Positions 23,398 through 34,296 are shown, numbered from the stretch's first letter. The stretch is DNA of 64,000 nucleotides from an uncultured delta proteobacterium (GCA_963832395.1 CAWHTV010000004.1:69284-133283), one strand, 5' to 3'. Notes: generated by a model from the sequence alone, not told the origin. A program made the numbers and translations.

Positions 23398-23766
23398 TCA
23401 TTTCACCGAGTCGACAGTCAGAAACTCGACCCCACCCTTGGAGTACGATTTGCCGGTGACCGTGACTTCCTTCTCCATGTTCTTCAGCACGTCGTCGGGC
23501 AGCGCCTCGTCGTTCTTGGGCGGCAGCAGGATGTACATCTTCTCGGTTCCCTTTTCGACCAGTCCAACCGGGATACCCTTCTGCGCGCACTTGAGCGCGC
23601 ACTGGGCGTGGCCCGCCCCGTGAGCGCCAACTACGTTGTAGCAGAAGGTGTCTTCCAGGTTTCCCGTGACCGACTTTTGCGCGTCAGCCGCCATTGTCAG
23701 CCCGGCGATTCCCACGACCAGCACCGCGCCAAAACCGGCAAGACCGCTAATCACTATTTTTCGCAT
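23398..23766 (-). CDS. Small secreted protein (signal peptide, His/Cys-containing: GAHGAGHAQCALKCAQKG), hypothetical
   Basis: MRKIVISGLAGFGAVLVVGIAGLTMAADA signal. GGAG SD. A 4-bp gap to the DUF2231 gene suggests an operon. Confidence 0.55.
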   Translation of the reverse strand: MRKIVISGLAGFGAVLVVGIAGLTMAADAQKSVTGNLEDTFCYNVVGAHGAGHAQCALKCAQKGIPVGLVEKGTEKMYILLPPKNDEALPDDVLKNMEKEVTVTGKSYSKGGVEFLTVDSVK

Positions 23767-24053
23767 AGCCGTTTACTCCGTTGTTAGGTTCCCGCAGTTG
23801 GTTGCGTTCCTGTTGCTTCCCCGGCCGGATTCAAGGCGCTTCGGACTCAGAAGCGATTACCGATTGCGCTAGCTGCACCACAAGCCGCGCCGCCACAACC
23901 GATTCTCCTTTTGTCGTCTATTATTCTCCATGCCTTGCACCCATCACAAGGGTTGTAGTCACGAAGGGGCGCGGGAGCACGCGCGCAATCCGGCGCCACG
24001 TTGCAAAAAGGTGAGGGTTGATTCCAAAGCCACGCCGACGCCGTCAGGCAGAG

Positions 24054-24963
24054 CTAGCGGCGAGCCGAACGCGCTTCGACTGGCGATGCGACGGTGCCGA
24101 ACTCCTCGTCCCATTGCGCGCGCCGGCGTGGACGCACCGGTCCACCGAGCTGCTTCAGATGGCGCTCCAGGACGTCATGCAACTGCTGATCGAGACGTTC
24201 GAGGTCGGCCTCTTCAGGTATCTTGGGCCGTTCGTGATCCTCGGAGATGCCGCGCCGCCGCCGCCCATAGAGCTCCTGCATCCGCAACTCGGCCTTGGCC
24301 AAAAGCGCCTTGTAGCGCTGGTCGAGCCGGCGCAGCGACTCGTTGAGCTCGGCGATCGCGATATAGCGCCGGCGCAGCAGGAACCATTCGAGTACCGTCA
24401 GCGCCGCCACGCCGAGCAGCAGCAGCGAGACGATGACCGCGCTGTAGAAGGCGGCGCGCCACCACGGCAGCATCCGCACTTCATGCGTCAGCTCCCGGTT
24501 GCTGGCGGTGAGCTGCTGCATCTGGGATTGCAGGCTGGTTTGCGTCGCGGTAGAGTTGTCGACGCGCTTCTGCAGGTCGGCAACCTGGTCGTTGAGCTTC
24601 TGATTCTCGGCGGTCATCTCGCGCATCCGCGCCGCGAATGGGTTGGGAATCCGCAGCGTCTGGCCAACCTCCAGCGTCGAATCAAGTTCGAGCCGGTTGG
24701 CATGCGCGATGTCATCAGCCTGGATCCCGAACGTAGAGGCGATCGAACCCAGCGAATCACCCGACCGCACAGTGTAGGAAAACTCGCCGCTGTGGCGAGC
24801 TGGAGCGGGAGCCGAATCTTCCGGAGCGCTGGTCGTATCGGTCGCGGCAGAGTCTGGCGCGCGACGTTTCATCTTGAGCGTAACTTTGGGCGTAACCCGA
24901 GGACACCGCCAAGCATAGGCCCGACAAGGCGAGGGCCGTTAGGAATGCGAGGGAAAATTTCAT
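24054..24963 (-). CDS. LysM peptidoglycan-binding domain protein with signal peptide, coiled coil and one TM; one frameshift near 24880
   Basis: Signal MKFSLAFLTALALSGLCLAVSSGYAQ in one frame. The LysM motif YTVRSGDSLGSIASTFGIQADDIAHANRLELDSTLEVGQTLRIP is in ORF 24054..24872. Confidence 0.6.
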
Positions 24964-25067
24964 GATCCTGATGCTGATGCCGCGGCGCCACGATATGTCC
25001 ACCAGCGTAAATGCAAGCAAGCGGAGATGCAAACCGGAATATATTGAGAGATGGGCGTGGATCCGTT

Positions 25068-25850
25068 TTATTCGGCCCAAACGTGATTTTGCTGCCTGAG
25101 CCACTCATCCGCCGCGCGCCGGCGCATCACGGCGACAAACTCCTGGTTGCCCGCCGCACCGCGGATCGGCGCTTCGACCGCGCCCACCACCTCGAGTCTC
25201 AACCCGGCAGCAAACTCCAGCACTTCGTCGACTGCCCGACGACGCTCCGCATCGTCACGCACCACCCCGCCCTTGCCCACTTTGCCCTTGCCTACTTCGA
25301 ACTGCGGTTTGATCAGCGCAACGATTTCGACCGCCGGGGCGCTCAGCTCGAGCACCGGAGGCAGCACGAGGCGCAGCGAGATAAAGCTCACGTCGATGAC
25401 CACGATATCGGGAGCGTAGGGCAGACTGCCGGCCTGGACCAGGCGGATATTGGTGCGGTCGAGCACGGTTACTCGCGAGTCGCGGCGCAGCCGCTCGGCG
25501 ATTTGTCCGTAACCGACGTCGAGCGCGATCACGTGGGCGGCACCGCGGCGCAGCAGCACGTCGGTGAAGCCGCCGGTCGAAGCGCCAACGTCCATCGCGC
25601 GGCGGCCCGCAGGATCGACATCGAAATGATCGAGCGCGGCGGCGAGCTTAATCCCGCCGCGGCTCGCGTACTCGGGCGCTCCGCCGACCAGCGCGATGGT
25701 GCTCCGCTCGTCGACGCTCTGGTCGGCCTTGAGCGCGGGCTGCGAATTGACCCGTACGCGTCCGGCCATGATCAGACGCTGCGCGCCCTCGCGGCTGGGC
25801 GCCAGGCCGCGCCGCGCCATCTCGAGGTCAAGCCGCCGCCGCGTCGCCAT
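25068..25850 (-). CDS. tlyA: TlyA family rRNA (cytidine-2'-O)-methyltransferase (hemolysin A-like)
   Basis: S4 domain (RRRLDLEMARRGLAPSREGAQRLIMAGRVRVN) followed by the FtsJ-like MTase (RRAMDVGASTGGFTDVLLRRGAAHVIALDVGYGQ). Confidence 0.75.
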   Translation of the reverse strand: MATRRRLDLEMARRGLAPSREGAQRLIMAGRVRVNSQPALKADQSVDERSTIALVGGAPEYASRGGIKLAAALDHFDVDPAGRRAMDVGASTGGFTDVLLRRGAAHVIALDVGYGQIAERLRRDSRVTVLDRTNIRLVQAGSLPYAPDIVVIDVSFISLRLVLPPVLELSAPAVEIVALIKPQFEVGKGKVGKGGVVRDDAERRRAVDEVLEFAAGLRLEVVGAVEAPIRGAAGNQEFVAVMRRRAADEWLRQQNHVWAE

Positions 25851-26178
25851 CAGTCCCGGCGCTCCGCTCAGAACGGAATGTCTTCGTCGTCTTTTTTGTG
25901 GCCGTCTTTTTTGCGTCGTGTTCCCGATGGCCACTTTCGGCTTTGGCTGCCGCCGGGTCGTAGGGCGTCGTTTTGAGCTCGCCCTGGGCGTTGCGCATCA
26001 GCAGTTCGACTTTGCGCTCGACCTCGTCGAGCTTCTGGTTGAGCGAGCGGACCAGGCCGACGCCGCGTTCGAAGGCCGTAATCGAATCCTCCAGCGAGAG
26101 CTCGCCGGAGTCGATCTGCGCGACGATTCCTTCGAGGTCCTTGAGCTCGTCTTCGAACTTCCTGCGGGTGGTGGCCAT
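25828..26178 (-). CDS. xseB: Exodeoxyribonuclease VII small subunit
   Basis: MATTRRKFEDELKDLEGIVAQIDSGELSLEDSITAFERGVGLVRSLNQKLDEVERKVELL. Confidence 0.7.
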   Translation of the reverse strand: MATTRRKFEDELKDLEGIVAQIDSGELSLEDSITAFERGVGLVRSLNQKLDEVERKVELLMRNAQGELKTTPYDPAAAKAESGHREHDAKKTATKKTTKTFRSERSAGTDGDAAAA

Positions 26179-26207
26179 CGCTTAGCCTCGGATGTGACGC
26201 GCACGGC

Positions 26208-27699
26208 TCAAGATTGGCGCGCGATGGTGCGGGCGCGCAAGCGGCCGCGGCTTAGCCGCAGATCGAGTTCGTCGCCGACTTCGACCTGCGCGGCGTCGAC
26301 CACGGCACGGCCGTCGCGCAGGTTTATCGCCACGGCGTACCCGCGCTCGAGCACTTTAGCGGCGAGGTCGAGTCCAGGCGCGCCGCCAGCGCCGCCAGCG
26401 CGGCGCTCGCGGCGCCCCTGGGCGCGTTCCATCGCCGCGCCCAGCCGCACCGCCGCTGCCGCCACGGCGGCGCGCCTGCGCTCGGCCATCGCGCGCGGCG
26501 CCGCTTCGCCCAGCCGCGCCGCCATCGCCTCAAGGCGCATCCGCATCCGCGCGACGCGCGCACCCATCGCCTGCGCCAGATGGAGCGCGACGCGCTCCGA
26601 TCCCAAGCCGCAGTGCGCGCGCGAGCGCGCCGGGCGGTACGAGGTGCGCGCCCAGCGCGCCGACGTGGCGGCGCCGATCGCCAAGCCGCGAGGCGAGCGC
26701 CGCCGTCAGCTCGGCCGCCGCTTCATCCGCGCGCTGGCGCGCCTGGCGCAGCGCCGCGCGCGGTTCGCGCAAGCGCGAGTTGAAATGGTCGACGCGCCGG
26801 CGATGGTCCGACAGATGCGCTTACCACGGCGCCGTTGAGCGTCGCCCCGGTTTCGTCAAGCCGCCGGCGCAGCTCGGCCTTGTCCGGCACCACGAGCTGC
26901 GCGGCGGCGGTCGGAGTCGGCGCGCGCACGTCGGCGACGAAGTCGGCGATGGTGTAGTCGATTTCGTGGCCGACGGCCGAGATCACCGGAATTTGCGAGC
27001 GATGGATCGCGCGGGCGACCGTCTCTTCGTTGAAGGCCCACAGATCTTCGAGCGAGCCGCCGCCGCGGCCGACGATCAGCACCTCGGCGCGCGCGTCGCG
27101 CGTTGAGGTCATCGATCGCCTGCGTGATTTCGGCCGCCGCGCCCGCGCCCTGCACGCGCGCGGGCCGGATGATGAGATGCACATTGGGATAGCGCGCGAG
27201 CAGGATGGTCACGATGTCGCGCAGGGCCGCGCCGCCGAGCGCGGTTACGATTCCCACCACCGCGGGCAAAAACGGCAGCGCCCGTTTGCGGCCCTGGTCG
27301 AACAATCCCTCGCGTCCCAGCCGCTCCTTGAGCTGCTCGAAGGCGAGCTGCAGCGCGCCGAGCCCGCGCGGCTCCATCTCTTCGGCATAGAACTGGAGCG
27401 CGCCGCGAGTTTCGTAGAGGTCGACCCGGCCGCGCACCACGACCTGCATCCCGTCGCCGACTTTGAAACGAAGCCGCGCGGCCGCCGAACGGAACATCAC
27501 GACGCTTATCGCGCTGTTCGGGATCCTTGAGCGTGAAGTAGAGATGGCCCGAGGGAGCGAGGCGGGCGTTGGAGACTTCGCCCGCCACCCAGCACTCGTC
27601 AAGATTGGCCTCCAGGGTCTCGCGCACCATCCGCACCAGTTGCGTGACGTTGAGCGCCCGCACCTGGCCACGAAGCGAGAGTTCGAGCTGGCCGGCCAT
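26208..27699 (-). CDS. xseA: Exodeoxyribonuclease VII large subunit, three or more frameshifts
   Basis: OB-fold N-terminus ([44 protein letters not shown]), middle ([25 protein letters not shown]...[13 protein letters not shown]), catalytic region ([60 protein letters not shown]) and tail, spread over four ORF-track frames. Confidence 0.7.
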
Positions 27700-27888
27700 G
27701 CGGCCAACTTACCAGATGGGCGCCGCCAAGCGTAAGGCGCTCGCCGACGAAGCCAGTGAAACGAGGAAGCCAGTTAAACTGGCCGAGGCAGATACGCGAC
27801 TGACGGCGACTGTGCAAAACGAAGCCGCCGCCCACGACGCGGGCGGCGGCTTTGCCAAGATTAGCAAACTTGAATTGTCGGCCTGGCG

Positions 27889-29356
27889 CTACTGGTCGGA
27901 GCCGTCCGAGCCGGAATCATCGGAGCCGCCAGGAGCGACCGCCGCGGCCGGCGCCGCTTGCGGCGGAGCGATGTCGTTGCGCGCGAGCTGGAGCTTGTAG
28001 CTGCGCCAGTTATCCAGCACCTGGATCGCGCGATCGAGTTGGACGTCGGTCTGCTCCTTGGAAGCGCCCGCGCCGCGTAGCCTTGGAATGTTTCGAGGGT
28101 CCCGCGGCCGGAGCGCTGCCGTCCTTGCCGGCGGGCGCAGTGGGCGCTTTCAGGACGCCATTGTTCTTGAAGTGATGCAGCAGGTCGCTCTCGCGAATCT
28201 CGGTGTCCTGGTTGATGGTCGCGCCTTCCTGCTCAAGCGAGGCCAGCGTGGTCTTGGGCGGCTCGGACGTCACGTCGGGCGTGATGCCGACGGCCTGAAT
28301 CGAGCGGCCGTTGGGCGTGTAGTAGCGCGCCGTGGTCAGACGCAGGGCGGAATGATCGTCGAGCGGCAGAATGGTCTGCACGGAGCCCTTGCCGAAGGTC
28401 TGGGTGCCGACGGTGATCGCGCGACGCTGGTCCTGCAGCGCGCCGGCGACGATTTCGCTCGCGCTCGCGCTGCCGCCGTTGACCAGCACCACCATCGGGT
28501 AGTCCACGAAGTCCTTCTTGCGATGCGAGAAGTACTTCTGCTGCTGATTCTCCTGGCGGCCCTGGGTATAGACGATAAGCCCGCCGTCGAGGAATTCGTC
28601 GCCGACCTGCACCGCCTGGTTCAGCAATCCGCCCGGGTTGTCGCGCAGATCGAGCACCAGTCCCTTGATCTGGCCGTTATGCTGCGCGCGGAATTTGTCC
28701 AGCGCCTTTTGCAGATCGTCGCCGGTGCCCTCTTCGAAGCTGCTGACGCGGACGTAGTCGTAGCCGTGGCGCAGATCCTTGGCCTTGACCGACTTTATCT
28801 TGATAACCTCGCGGGTCACCGTCACCGTGAACAGCTCGGGCACGCCCTTGCGATGGATGGTCAGATGGATCTTGCTGCCCTGCGGCCCGCGCATCCGCTT
28901 GACCGCGTCGGTCAGCGTCATGCCCTTGGTAAAGTCGTCGTTGATCTTGACGATCTGGTCGCCCGCCTTGACCCCGGCCTTGTAGGCGGGAGTGTCCTCG
29001 ATCGGCGAGACGACGGTCAGCAGATCGTCCTTGACGGTAACTTCGAGACCCAGCCCACCGAAGCTGCCGCGGGTTTCGACTTCGAGGTCACGATAGAGGT
29101 CAGGCGTGAGGTAGGCGCTATGCGGATCGAGCGAGGCCAGCATCCCGGTTATCGCGCCGTTGATGAGTTGCTTGGTGGTGACCGGCTCGACGTAGTTCTT
29201 CTGTACGATCGCCAGCACGTTGGCGAAGGTCGCCAGTTCCTTGTACGTGTCGTCGGGCAGCGCGTCGGCGCGCCGCACCGCGATCTCGGCCACCAGGACC
29301 AGGATCGCTACCGCGCATACACCAGCGACCAGAAAGGGTGAACGATTGCGTTTCAT
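27889..29356 (-). CDS. Carboxyl-terminal processing protease (S41 family, Ctp/Prc), one frameshift near 28060
   Basis: ORF 28010..29356 has the PDZ and S41 cores (GGLGLEV...GDQIVKIND...LVLDLRDNPGGLL...VVLVNGGSASASEIVAGALQD). The C-terminus continues in another frame (KEQTDVQLDRAIQVLDNWRSYKLQLAR...GSDGSDQ*). Confidence 0.75.
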
Positions 29357-29507
29357 TACTTACTCGCAGCTAGAACCCGCCACGGTGAGCGCGGGGGTTG
29401 ATTGTTTAGCATATTCTTTGCGCACTCCGGACGCCACAACCCCTCTCGCGCCGGACAGTGTCTGCCAGGGCAGCGTCTCGTTTGCAGTCGCGGCGTGACC
29501 TCTTCTC

Positions 29508-30111
29508 TCAACCCTTGTTGTCCTTGAGCAGTTCCTCGAACGCGTCGCGAATTGCGGGCTGCGACCAGTCAAACGCCCCCGAGTGATGGGCGACGATACG
29601 GCCCTCGCGATCGATTATGAAAGTCTCGGGAACTCCGCTCACGTTGTAGGCCTCGGCGACCGCGTTTTTCGGATCGAGCAGCACGTCGAAGTGGTAGCCG
29701 TGCTTCTTGACGTAGGCCATAACCTCTTCGCGGCTGCCGGTATCCTGGCTGATGGCCAGCATCACAAAACCCTTGTCGCCGTGCAGCCGCTCGTAGAGCT
29801 TTTCCATCGAGGGCATCTCTTCGCGGCACGGCGCGCACCAGGTCGCCCAGATATTGAGGAACACGACCTTGCCGTGCAAGTCGGCCATCGAAACCGAATC
29901 GCCCTGCAAATCCGTCAACTTGAACGGCGCGGCCTTTTCGCCCGCCGCCACTGGCCCGTGCTCGTCGGCGCCCGGAATACTGGCGGTCTCCTCCATCTGT
30001 TGCGGCGCCGGAGCGATGGCACGCCGAATCTGCGAGAGACGCAATCAGCAGCACGCTCACCAGCAGCGCCGCGCCGGCGATTGTGGAGAGCAGCTTTACC
30101 CGCGGAGTCAT
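29508..30111 (-). CDS. TlpA/ResA-family thiol:disulfide oxidoreductase (thioredoxin fold, WCAPC), one frameshift
   Basis: N-terminal anchor MTPRVKLLSTIAGAALLVSVLLIASLA in the 29569..30498 frame. The thioredoxin domain (FLNIWATWCAPCREEMPSMEKLYERL...) is in ORF 29508..30044. Confidence 0.65.
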
Positions 30112-30147
30112 CCTAAGTCTTGCGCTAATTTGCTTCCACGCCCGCGC

Positions 30148-31045
30148 TACGCGCCCGCCGCCACTTTCGCACTGGGACGGCTCTGCGGCGCCGGCTCCTC
30201 GCGCGTCCATCCGGAGAACACGCCGCCGGTCAGGTACAGTGCGACGAGCGCCGGCCACCACCATCGCGAGCGCGATAAGCTGGGCCTCGCTCAACCCCCA
30301 CAGCACGCGCGGGTTGATTCGCAGGAACTCGACCATGAAGCGGCACGCTCCCACCAGCACCAGGTAGAGGTAAAAGATGCGGCCCTCGATGCCGGCCCGC
30401 CGGCGCATCGACCACAGGATGAAAAACACCGCCGTGTAGAGAATGGCTTCGTAGATGGGCGTCGGATGCACTCTAACGCCGGGGAAAAAGCCCGACACCA
30501 GGTTCGCCGTGGGGATCTAGCTTGAGCACGGTCTGCGGACCCCAGCCCACGATCGCTTTGGGGTAAGCGACCGCCCACGGCAGCGTCGAGGGTGCGCCCC
30601 AATCGCCGTCGCCCGACAGATGGCATCCGATACGGCCGAGCGCCTGTCCAATAGCCAGCGCCGGCCCGCACATGTCGGCGGTCGCGCCGACCGAAACCTT
30701 GTAGTGGCGCGCGACGAAGTAGGCGGCCGTCACGCCGCCGATAAAGCCGCCGAACCAGACGAACCCCGAGCCCGACCATACGATCGTAATCGGGTCGGCC
30801 ATGTAGAGCCGCCAGTTGTCGAGCACGTCATACAGACGAGCGCCGATGATGCCTCCGAGCGCGCCCCACAGCACGACGGCAGTGGCGTACTCGGGGTCGA
30901 TCCCGCGGCGGGGACAATCGGCGGCGATCACGAGGTCGGCGGCGATAAAGCCGAGCGCCATCATCAGCCCATAGCTATAGATGGTGAGCGTCAGCGGATG
31001 GCCGAACAGATGAAGCGGTCCCAGACGCAGCAGAATCGGAATCAT
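30148..31045 (-). CDS. lgt: Prolipoprotein diacylglyceryl transferase, two frameshifts (near 30500 and near 30250)
   Basis: MIPILLRLGPLHLFGHPLTLTIYSYGLMMALGF... from ORF 30473..31081, then GFFPGVRVHPTPIYEAILYTAVFFILWSMRRR...RFMVEFLR, then a third frame ending ALVALYLTGGVFSGW...*. Confidence 0.7.
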
Positions 31046-31181
31046 TGCACCTCCAACTATAGTACGGAGCGAAGCCCGCAAACCAGCGCGTCGCGCCGCG
31101 GCACGCTGTCCTGATCATTCGGACAGCGCCTGCTGCGGCGCGCTTTGCGCACGACGACTCGGCAGTATATATGACGGCGGG

Positions 31182-31628
31182 ATGCGAGCGGTTGTTCAAC
31201 GCGTGAGCCGGGCCGAAGTCAGCGTCGGCGGCAAGTGTCTCGGTCGAATCGGCCCGGGCTTCGCCGTGCTGCTCGGCGTGGCGCGCGACGATACCGAAGC
31301 CGACGCGGAATTTATCGCCGATCGCATCCTGGGCCTGCGCGTATTCGCCGACGCGGCGGGCAAAATGAACCTGGCGCTGGGCGCGGTCGGCGGCGAACTG
31401 CTGGTGATCTCGCAATTCACGCTGCTCGCCGACACCAGCGGCGGACGGCGCCCGTCATTCATCAAGGCGGCGCCGCCCGAACTTGCGCTGCCGCTGTACG
31501 AGCATTTCCTGTCGCTCGTGCGCGCGCGCGGTGTTAAAGTTGAGACCGGTGAGTTTGGCGCCCACATGGAACTGGCGCTGGTCAATGATGGGCCGGTGAC
31601 GATCATTCTGGACAGCCGGGTGCGTTGA
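31182..31628 (+). CDS. dtd: D-aminoacyl-tRNA deacylase
   Basis: Intact 148 aa: MRAVVQRVSRAEVSVGGKCLGRIGPGFAVLLGV...SQFTLLADTSGGRRPSF...GEFGAHMELALVNDGPVTIILDS. Confidence 0.85.
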   Translation: MRAVVQRVSRAEVSVGGKCLGRIGPGFAVLLGVARDDTEADAEFIADRILGLRVFADAAGKMNLALGAVGGELLVISQFTLLADTSGGRRPSFIKAAPPELALPLYEHFLSLVRARGVKVETGEFGAHMELALVNDGPVTIILDSRVR

Positions 31629-31629
31629 G

Positions 31630-32112
31630 ATGGCACGGGCAGGTTTCTACGCCGTCGAGTCGGGCAAAATCTCGTTTCGCCGCGACGGCAACTGGTACAG
31701 CGACGACGAGCGGATCGACAACCCGCGTATCGCACTGCTCTTCAGCCGCAGCATCCGGCAAAATCCCGACGGCAGCTTCTACCTCCAGGTCGCCGAGGAG
31801 CGCGCCCCGATTACCGTCGAGGACACGCCCTACGTGGTCAAGGCGATCGAGGGCGACGCGCAAAGCGGCTTTACGATCGTGCTCAATGACGAGGAACGCG
31901 AGCCGCTCGACCCGGCCACGCTCGAGGTCGGCGCCGACAACGTGCTCTATTGCCGGGTCAAGGGCGGCGCGATGCGCGCGCGCTTTCTGCGCAACGCCTA
32001 CTACCATCTGAGCCCCGGCTTCGAGGCCGACGAGCGCGGCGGCTTCTCGATCGCGATGCGCGGCCGGCGCTATCCGCTTTTGCGCGCGGGTTCGGCGCGC
32101 AGGGACGATTGA
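31630..32112 (+). CDS. DUF1285 domain protein
   Basis: Intact 160 aa: FYAVESGKISFRRDGNWYSDDERIDNPRIALLFSRSIRQNPDGSFYLQVAEERAPITVEDTPYVV. Confidence 0.6.
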   Translation: MARAGFYAVESGKISFRRDGNWYSDDERIDNPRIALLFSRSIRQNPDGSFYLQVAEERAPITVEDTPYVVKAIEGDAQSGFTIVLNDEEREPLDPATLEVGADNVLYCRVKGGAMRARFLRNAYYHLSPGFEADERGGFSIAMRGRRYPLLRAGSARRDD

Positions 32113-32187
32113 TTCCGTCGCGCGACCCGCGCGCCCGGTCGAGCATCCCGGTCCTTCGTATAGTGCATATCGCATATACTGCATATC

Positions 32188-32702
32188 GTGCATATCGTGC
32201 TGGTGCGGCCCGAGATTCCGCAGAACACGGGATCGATCGCGCGCCTGGCGGCGGCGACGCATACGCGGTTGCATCTGGTCGGCCCGCTCGGCTTCTCGCT
32301 CGAGGACCGATATCTCAAACGCGCCGGACTCGACTATTGGCCGCTGGTCGATTTGCGGACTTATGCGGGATGGGACGAGTTCGCGGCGGCCGAGAATCGG
32401 CAAGGTCCGGAGCAAGCCCCGACCGAGATCAACGGGCCTGGCGACAATGGCGGTCCGCACTTGAAATATTTCTCGGCGCGCGCCAGGAAAAGTCCTACCT
32501 CGAAGCCGATTACGCGCCGGGCGACTTCCTGGTTTTCGGCAGCGAGACCAAGGGGCTGGGCGAGGAATTTCTGGGCACGCGGACGGAGGCGACCTACAGG
32601 ATTCCGATTTTCGAGCCCGGCGTGCGAAGTCTCAACCTGGCCAACGCCGTGTCGATCGTGCTCTACGAAGCGCTCCGCCGGACCGGACGGCTCATCGCGT
32701 AG
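32188..32702 (+). CDS. trmL: tRNA (cytidine/uridine-2'-O)-methyltransferase TrmL (SpoU family), one frameshift near 32450
   Basis: MHIVLVRPEIPQNTGSIARLAAATHTRLHLVGPLGFSLEDRYLKRAGLDYWPLVD from ORF 32188. C-terminal DFLVFGSETKGLGEEFL...RIPIFEPGVRSLNLANAVSIVLYEALRR from ORF 31950. Confidence 0.7.
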
Positions 32703-33129
32703 CGGTCGGCCCGCCGGGCGTGCGAATGCCGGTGTCGACCCAAATATCGAGCCGCGTCTGGCCGCCGGGGCTTATCGCGACTATCGCGGGCAGGTTCCTG
32801 GCCGCGCCTGAGAATCCCGCGCCGCGCTCCACGCGGTAGTTGCCCGGCGGCAGCGTCACGCGATAAAGCCCCTCGCTGTCGGTGCGCGCGGTCGCGACCA
32901 CTTTATCTTTGAAGTCAAGGATTTTAAGCTCGGCTCCGACGACCGGCAAAGGAGAGGACGGAGCGCCGGACCGACTGACCGGAGACATCGGGCCTCGCGT
33001 GATTCCACCCGTAAGAGCGCCGTATGAGGTTTCGGACGGACCGCCGCCGCCCCGTGTGCAGCCCGCGATCGCGAGCGCGAGCGCAATCACGAGGCAGGGC
33101 AGTCGCGCCCGGGCGAGCATCGGGGTCAT
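32692..33129 (-). CDS. Lipoprotein with carboxypeptidase-regulatory-like (CarbopepD_reg) beta-sandwich domain
   Basis: MTPMLARARLPCLVIALALAIAGC lipobox, then VVGAELKILDFKDKVVATARTDSEGLYRVTLPPGNYRV. Confidence 0.5.
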   Translation of the reverse strand: MTPMLARARLPCLVIALALAIAGCTRGGGGPSETSYGALTGGITRGPMSPVSRSGAPSSPLPVVGAELKILDFKDKVVATARTDSEGLYRVTLPPGNYRVERGAGFSGAARNLPAIVAISPGGQTRLDIWVDTGIRTPGGPTATR

Positions 33130-33311
33130 CACCTCCACGCACCGGAGCCTATCGCATCGAGGCCGGCGCTGCCCGCGCGTCGATTCATGAAAGCCACTGA
33201 ACCTGTTTCATTTTGTTTTAGGCACAATTCTCACGCGCGCTGACGCGGCGGGGTTTCAATCATCTGAGGCAGCGGCGATCCTTGAGGTCCGCCGCGCGCG
33301 ATCAGTCGCGC

Positions 33312-33351
33312 GAGTCAACCGCGAGCGAGTCAACCGGGACGGAGTTAACCG
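33312..33351. promoter_or_regulatory. Three direct repeats of a 10-bp motif (gagtcaaccg / gagtcaaccg / gagttaaccg) with 15-bp period, ending 3 nt before the ATG of the glutaredoxin-like gene
   Basis: Direct reading: gagtcaaccg cgagc gagtcaaccg ggacg gagttaaccg cg ATG. Confidence 0.35.
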
Positions 33352-33353
33352 CG

Positions 33354-33584
33354 ATGGATGTCGAAGTCTTCACCAAAGATGGATGCAAATCGAGCCGCCG
33401 CGTGAAGGAGTTTCTCGCGCGCCACGGCATCGGCTTCGTCGAGCGCAACCTCTCGTCCGACGCCGCCACGCGCGCCGCGCACGCCCGATTGGGCTATCGC
33501 GGAGTTCCGGTAATCCGCACGGGCGAGCGCCTGGTCTGTGGCTTCAGGGAACAGGCTCTGAGGAAACTGCTGGGAATTCTATAG
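33354..33584 (+). CDS. Glutaredoxin-like / NrdH-like small redoxin (single Cys)
   Basis: MDVEVFTKDGCKSSRRVKEFLARHGIGFVERNLSSDAATRAAHARLGYRGVPVIRTGERLVCGFREQALRKLLG. Confidence 0.55.
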   Translation: MDVEVFTKDGCKSSRRVKEFLARHGIGFVERNLSSDAATRAAHARLGYRGVPVIRTGERLVCGFREQALRKLLGIL

Positions 33585-33672
33585 ACGCGTTCGCCAACCC
33601 AAGCCGCGAATCCATCCATCCTCATCCACAGAATTTTTTGCGCGCACTTAAAATCGATGCGACCCGATCGCG

Positions 33673-34296
33673 CTAGCCGTGTTTCTTCCCGCTCCCACAG
33701 CCAGCGGCGCTGGCCGTATCCTCCGCCTGATGCGTCGCGTCGGCCCCATGCTCGACGATCCCCGTCGGCAGACCGTCGATACTCTGGTTGTTGAGCGTGC
33801 GCCACATCTCCTCAACCGCCTCGGGGCCGTGGTTCTCCCAGTAACGGGTGAGCGTGTCGCGCGGCTCAACTGAGTCGAAACGCGGCACAGCGTAGCCGCA
33901 CGAGGTCATCACGCCCTCGACCGTGATGTCCATGATCTGGCGTTCGGCCGGCCGCGGATCGGAACCGAAGCGGCAGCGCAACGTCTCCCACTCGGGGTCG
34001 GCCGGGCGCACGGCGCGGCCCCGCCCATAGATTCGCAACACGCGCGCCAGTTGGCCGAAGCCGCAGAACATGACCGTGATGCGGCCGTTGTCGCGCAAAT
34101 GGGCCGCGGTCTCGTTGCCGCTGCCGGTGAGGTCGAGGTAGGCCACGCGGCGATCGCCCAGGATGCGAAACGTGTCCATCCCCTTGGGGGAGACGTTGAC
34201 CCGGCCCTCGCGCGGCGCGGTGGCGACGAAGAAAAGCGGCTGCGCCATGATGAAGTCGTTGAGCTCGTCGCTTAGCGCGTCGTGGAATTTCGCCAT
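33673..34296 (-). CDS. Pyridoxamine 5'-phosphate oxidase (PNPOx)-like FMN/F420-binding split-barrel family protein
   Basis: MAKFHDALSDELNDFIMAQPLFFVATAPREGRVNVSPKGMDTFRILGDRRVAYLDLTGSGNETAAHLRDNGRITVMF. Confidence 0.65.
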   Translation of the reverse strand: MAKFHDALSDELNDFIMAQPLFFVATAPREGRVNVSPKGMDTFRILGDRRVAYLDLTGSGNETAAHLRDNGRITVMFCGFGQLARVLRIYGRGRAVRPADPEWETLRCRFGSDPRPAERQIMDITVEGVMTSCGYAVPRFDSVEPRDTLTRYWENHGPEAVEEMWRTLNNQSIDGLPTGIVEHGADATHQAEDTASAAGCGSGKKHG

